DNA from: a virus
Lineage: Duplodnaviria; Caudoviricetes
Virus record (IMG/VR): IMGVR_UViG_3300037308_000558
Span: 2,089 to 66,088 of that record
DNA length: 64,000 bases
Reading direction: 5' to 3' (one strand)
Below, in pieces: positions 62,698 through 64,000 of this stretch. A model generated the notes under the pieces. That model worked only from the letters and a program-made list of their open reading frames with translations, ran no database searches and had not been told where the DNA came from. Both the position numbers and the translations under genes were made by a program. Within the stretch, counting starts at the first letter, position 1. Each line of letters begins with the position of its first letter.

Positions 62698-64000
62698 ATG
62701 GACAAGTGGGCGCATGAAGAACTGGGCATCCCGCTGAACGAAGCTGCCAGCTTCTTCATGCGGATCCGCACTCCCCGCATCGACGCCGTCAAGACGGCCG
62801 AGGCCCTCAAGACCGCGGCCGAGAAGGCGGAGAAGACCGACGACGAGCTCAAGGAAGAGGGGCGCAAGCGCGGCGTGGCCAACCTCGCCGCCGAGGCGGA
62901 GCGTGAGAAGGGCCGTCGGGGAGCACGCGTCGGCAAGAGCGTGGGTTCCATCGCGGGCGGCGTCGGTGGTGCGGCTCTGGGCCGGAAGTACATCGGCGGC
63001 CCGGCGGGCACCATCGCGGGTCTCGCTGCCGGCATGGTTGCTGGTGGCCGAGCGGGCGAGGAGCTCGGGACCGAGCACGACATCAAGAAGAACAGCCCGA
63101 AGTTCACGCCCATCAGCAAGCTCGGCAGTTTGGCTGAGAAGACGGCTGCGATGCGCATGCAGCTCGCGCTCCTCAAGCTCGCCGACGACGGCAGCATGAT
63201 GGCGCCGGCCGGGGAGCAGGACATGGGTGCCATGGCGCCCCCGCCGCCCCAGCAGGAGCTCGCGCCGCAGAACTACCTGCAGGCCGAGCTCATGGGTCAG
63301 CAGGCCCAGGAAGCGCAGGAGCAGCAGTTCTACCGCGACCAGTTGAAGAGCCAGCAACAGCAGACCGAGCAGCTCAACCAGCAGGTGCAGCAGATGCAGC
63401 AACAGCTGCAGCAGACCCAGCAGCAGGCGGACCAGGCTCAGCAGCAGATCAGCCAGGCGACCCAACAGGCGGTGGCTGCTCAGGATCAAGCGACGCAGCA
63501 GGCACAAGCCGCTGCCGAGGCGCGCATCTCTGCGCAGCGCATGCGAGCTCAGATCCTAGACCTCGTGTCGAAGGACCCGAGCATGTTCGCCCTGGAGCAG
63601 GGTCAGCCCGGTCCCGGGCAGGGTCAACCGGTGGACGCCAGCGGCCAGCCCATCCCCCCGGAGGCGCAGGCACCCGACGCGGGTAACGGGGGGCCGCCGC
63701 AAGAGGGGCCTGCCGCCGCTGCGCCGGCGCCACAGACGGCTCCTGGGGCCGCCCCGCCCGCCGGGGCACCGGACATGAACGCGCCTGCAGGGCCCCCTCC
63801 AGGGCCCAACCCAGCCGGGGCGGAAGGCACGACCGGGATGGGGAACATCGAGGGGTCTCCGACGAAGACCTCCGCGGATTGGTCCTTCTACGCGTTGCTG
63901 GCCGCGGGAGCGGGCCGCCGCCCTTTTGATGGTGCCCTCACTGGCCCGGCCGCCGGTGAGGGTAAGGTCGCGTCTGTGGCCCTGCCGGCTATCGGTGCCG
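62698..64000 (+). CDS. partial K-x-A / glycine-zipper / poly-Q protein running off the window (>434 aa), absent from the ORF track
   Basis: Open frame from ATG 62698: MDKWAHEELG...VKTAEALKTAAEK...GSIAGGVGGAALG...EKTAA...LKLAD, Q-rich coiled coil, GKVAS. Confidence 0.8.
   Translation, partial: MDKWAHEELGIPLNEAASFFMRIRTPRIDAVKTAEALKTAAEKAEKTDDELKEEGRKRGVANLAAEAEREKGRRGARVGKSVGSIAGGVGGAALGRKYIGGPAGTIAGLAAGMVAGGRAGEELGTEHDIKKNSPKFTPISKLGSLAEKTAAMRMQLALLKLADDGSMMAPAGEQDMGAMAPPPPQQELAPQNYLQAELMGQQAQEAQEQQFYRDQLKSQQQQTEQLNQQVQQMQQQLQQTQQQADQAQQQISQATQQAVAAQDQATQQAQAAAEARISAQRMRAQILDLVSKDPSMFALEQGQPGPGQGQPVDASGQPIPPEAQAPDAGNGGPPQEGPAAAAPAPQTAPGAAPPAGAPDMNAPAGPPPGPNPAGAEGTTGMGNIEGSPTKTSADWSFYALLAAGAGRRPFDGALTGPAAGEGKVASVALPAIGA

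Overview
This window is a 64-kb segment of a large, high-GC tailed phage, probably a myovirus. There are no cellular housekeeping operons, tRNAs or CRISPR arrays. It has five strand blocks. (1) 1-8.7 kb (+): virion accessory cluster with a duplicated two-gene cassette of LamG-domain proteins around a patatin phospholipase. (2) 8.7-25.5 kb (-): replication/recombination block with RusA, UvsY-like, Cas4-like exonuclease, Hjc-like nuclease, RecA, HU, family A DNA polymerase, gp32-like SSB, primase, DnaB-like helicase, family 4 UDG and an SF2 helicase. (3) 25.6-31.6 kb (+): head-associated proteins and portal. (4) 31.6-36.2 kb (-): vWA/metallopeptidase plus MoxR-type AAA and small genes. (5) 36.3-64 kb (mostly +): a 2151-aa single-chain beta-beta' RNA polymerase, baseplate spike, terminase, prohead protease, scaffold-like proteins, decoration protein, major capsid protein and two free-standing homing endonucleases. 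The signals most worth following up are: a K-x-A motif saturating the head-associated proteins, often bracketing glycine-zipper segments (candidate protease-released capsid cargo); a candidate -1 frameshift (G GGA AAA) in a non-tail gene; the fused RNAP, which lacks the beta' zinc-binding domain and has an altered rifampicin pocket; two candidate promoter motifs (GGCATAAGA, GTAGAATCG); identical extended -10/leaderless starts on both homing endonucleases; and a dense inverted-repeat cluster at 47.3-47.5 kb. All calls come from motif recognition by eye; no database searches were run.
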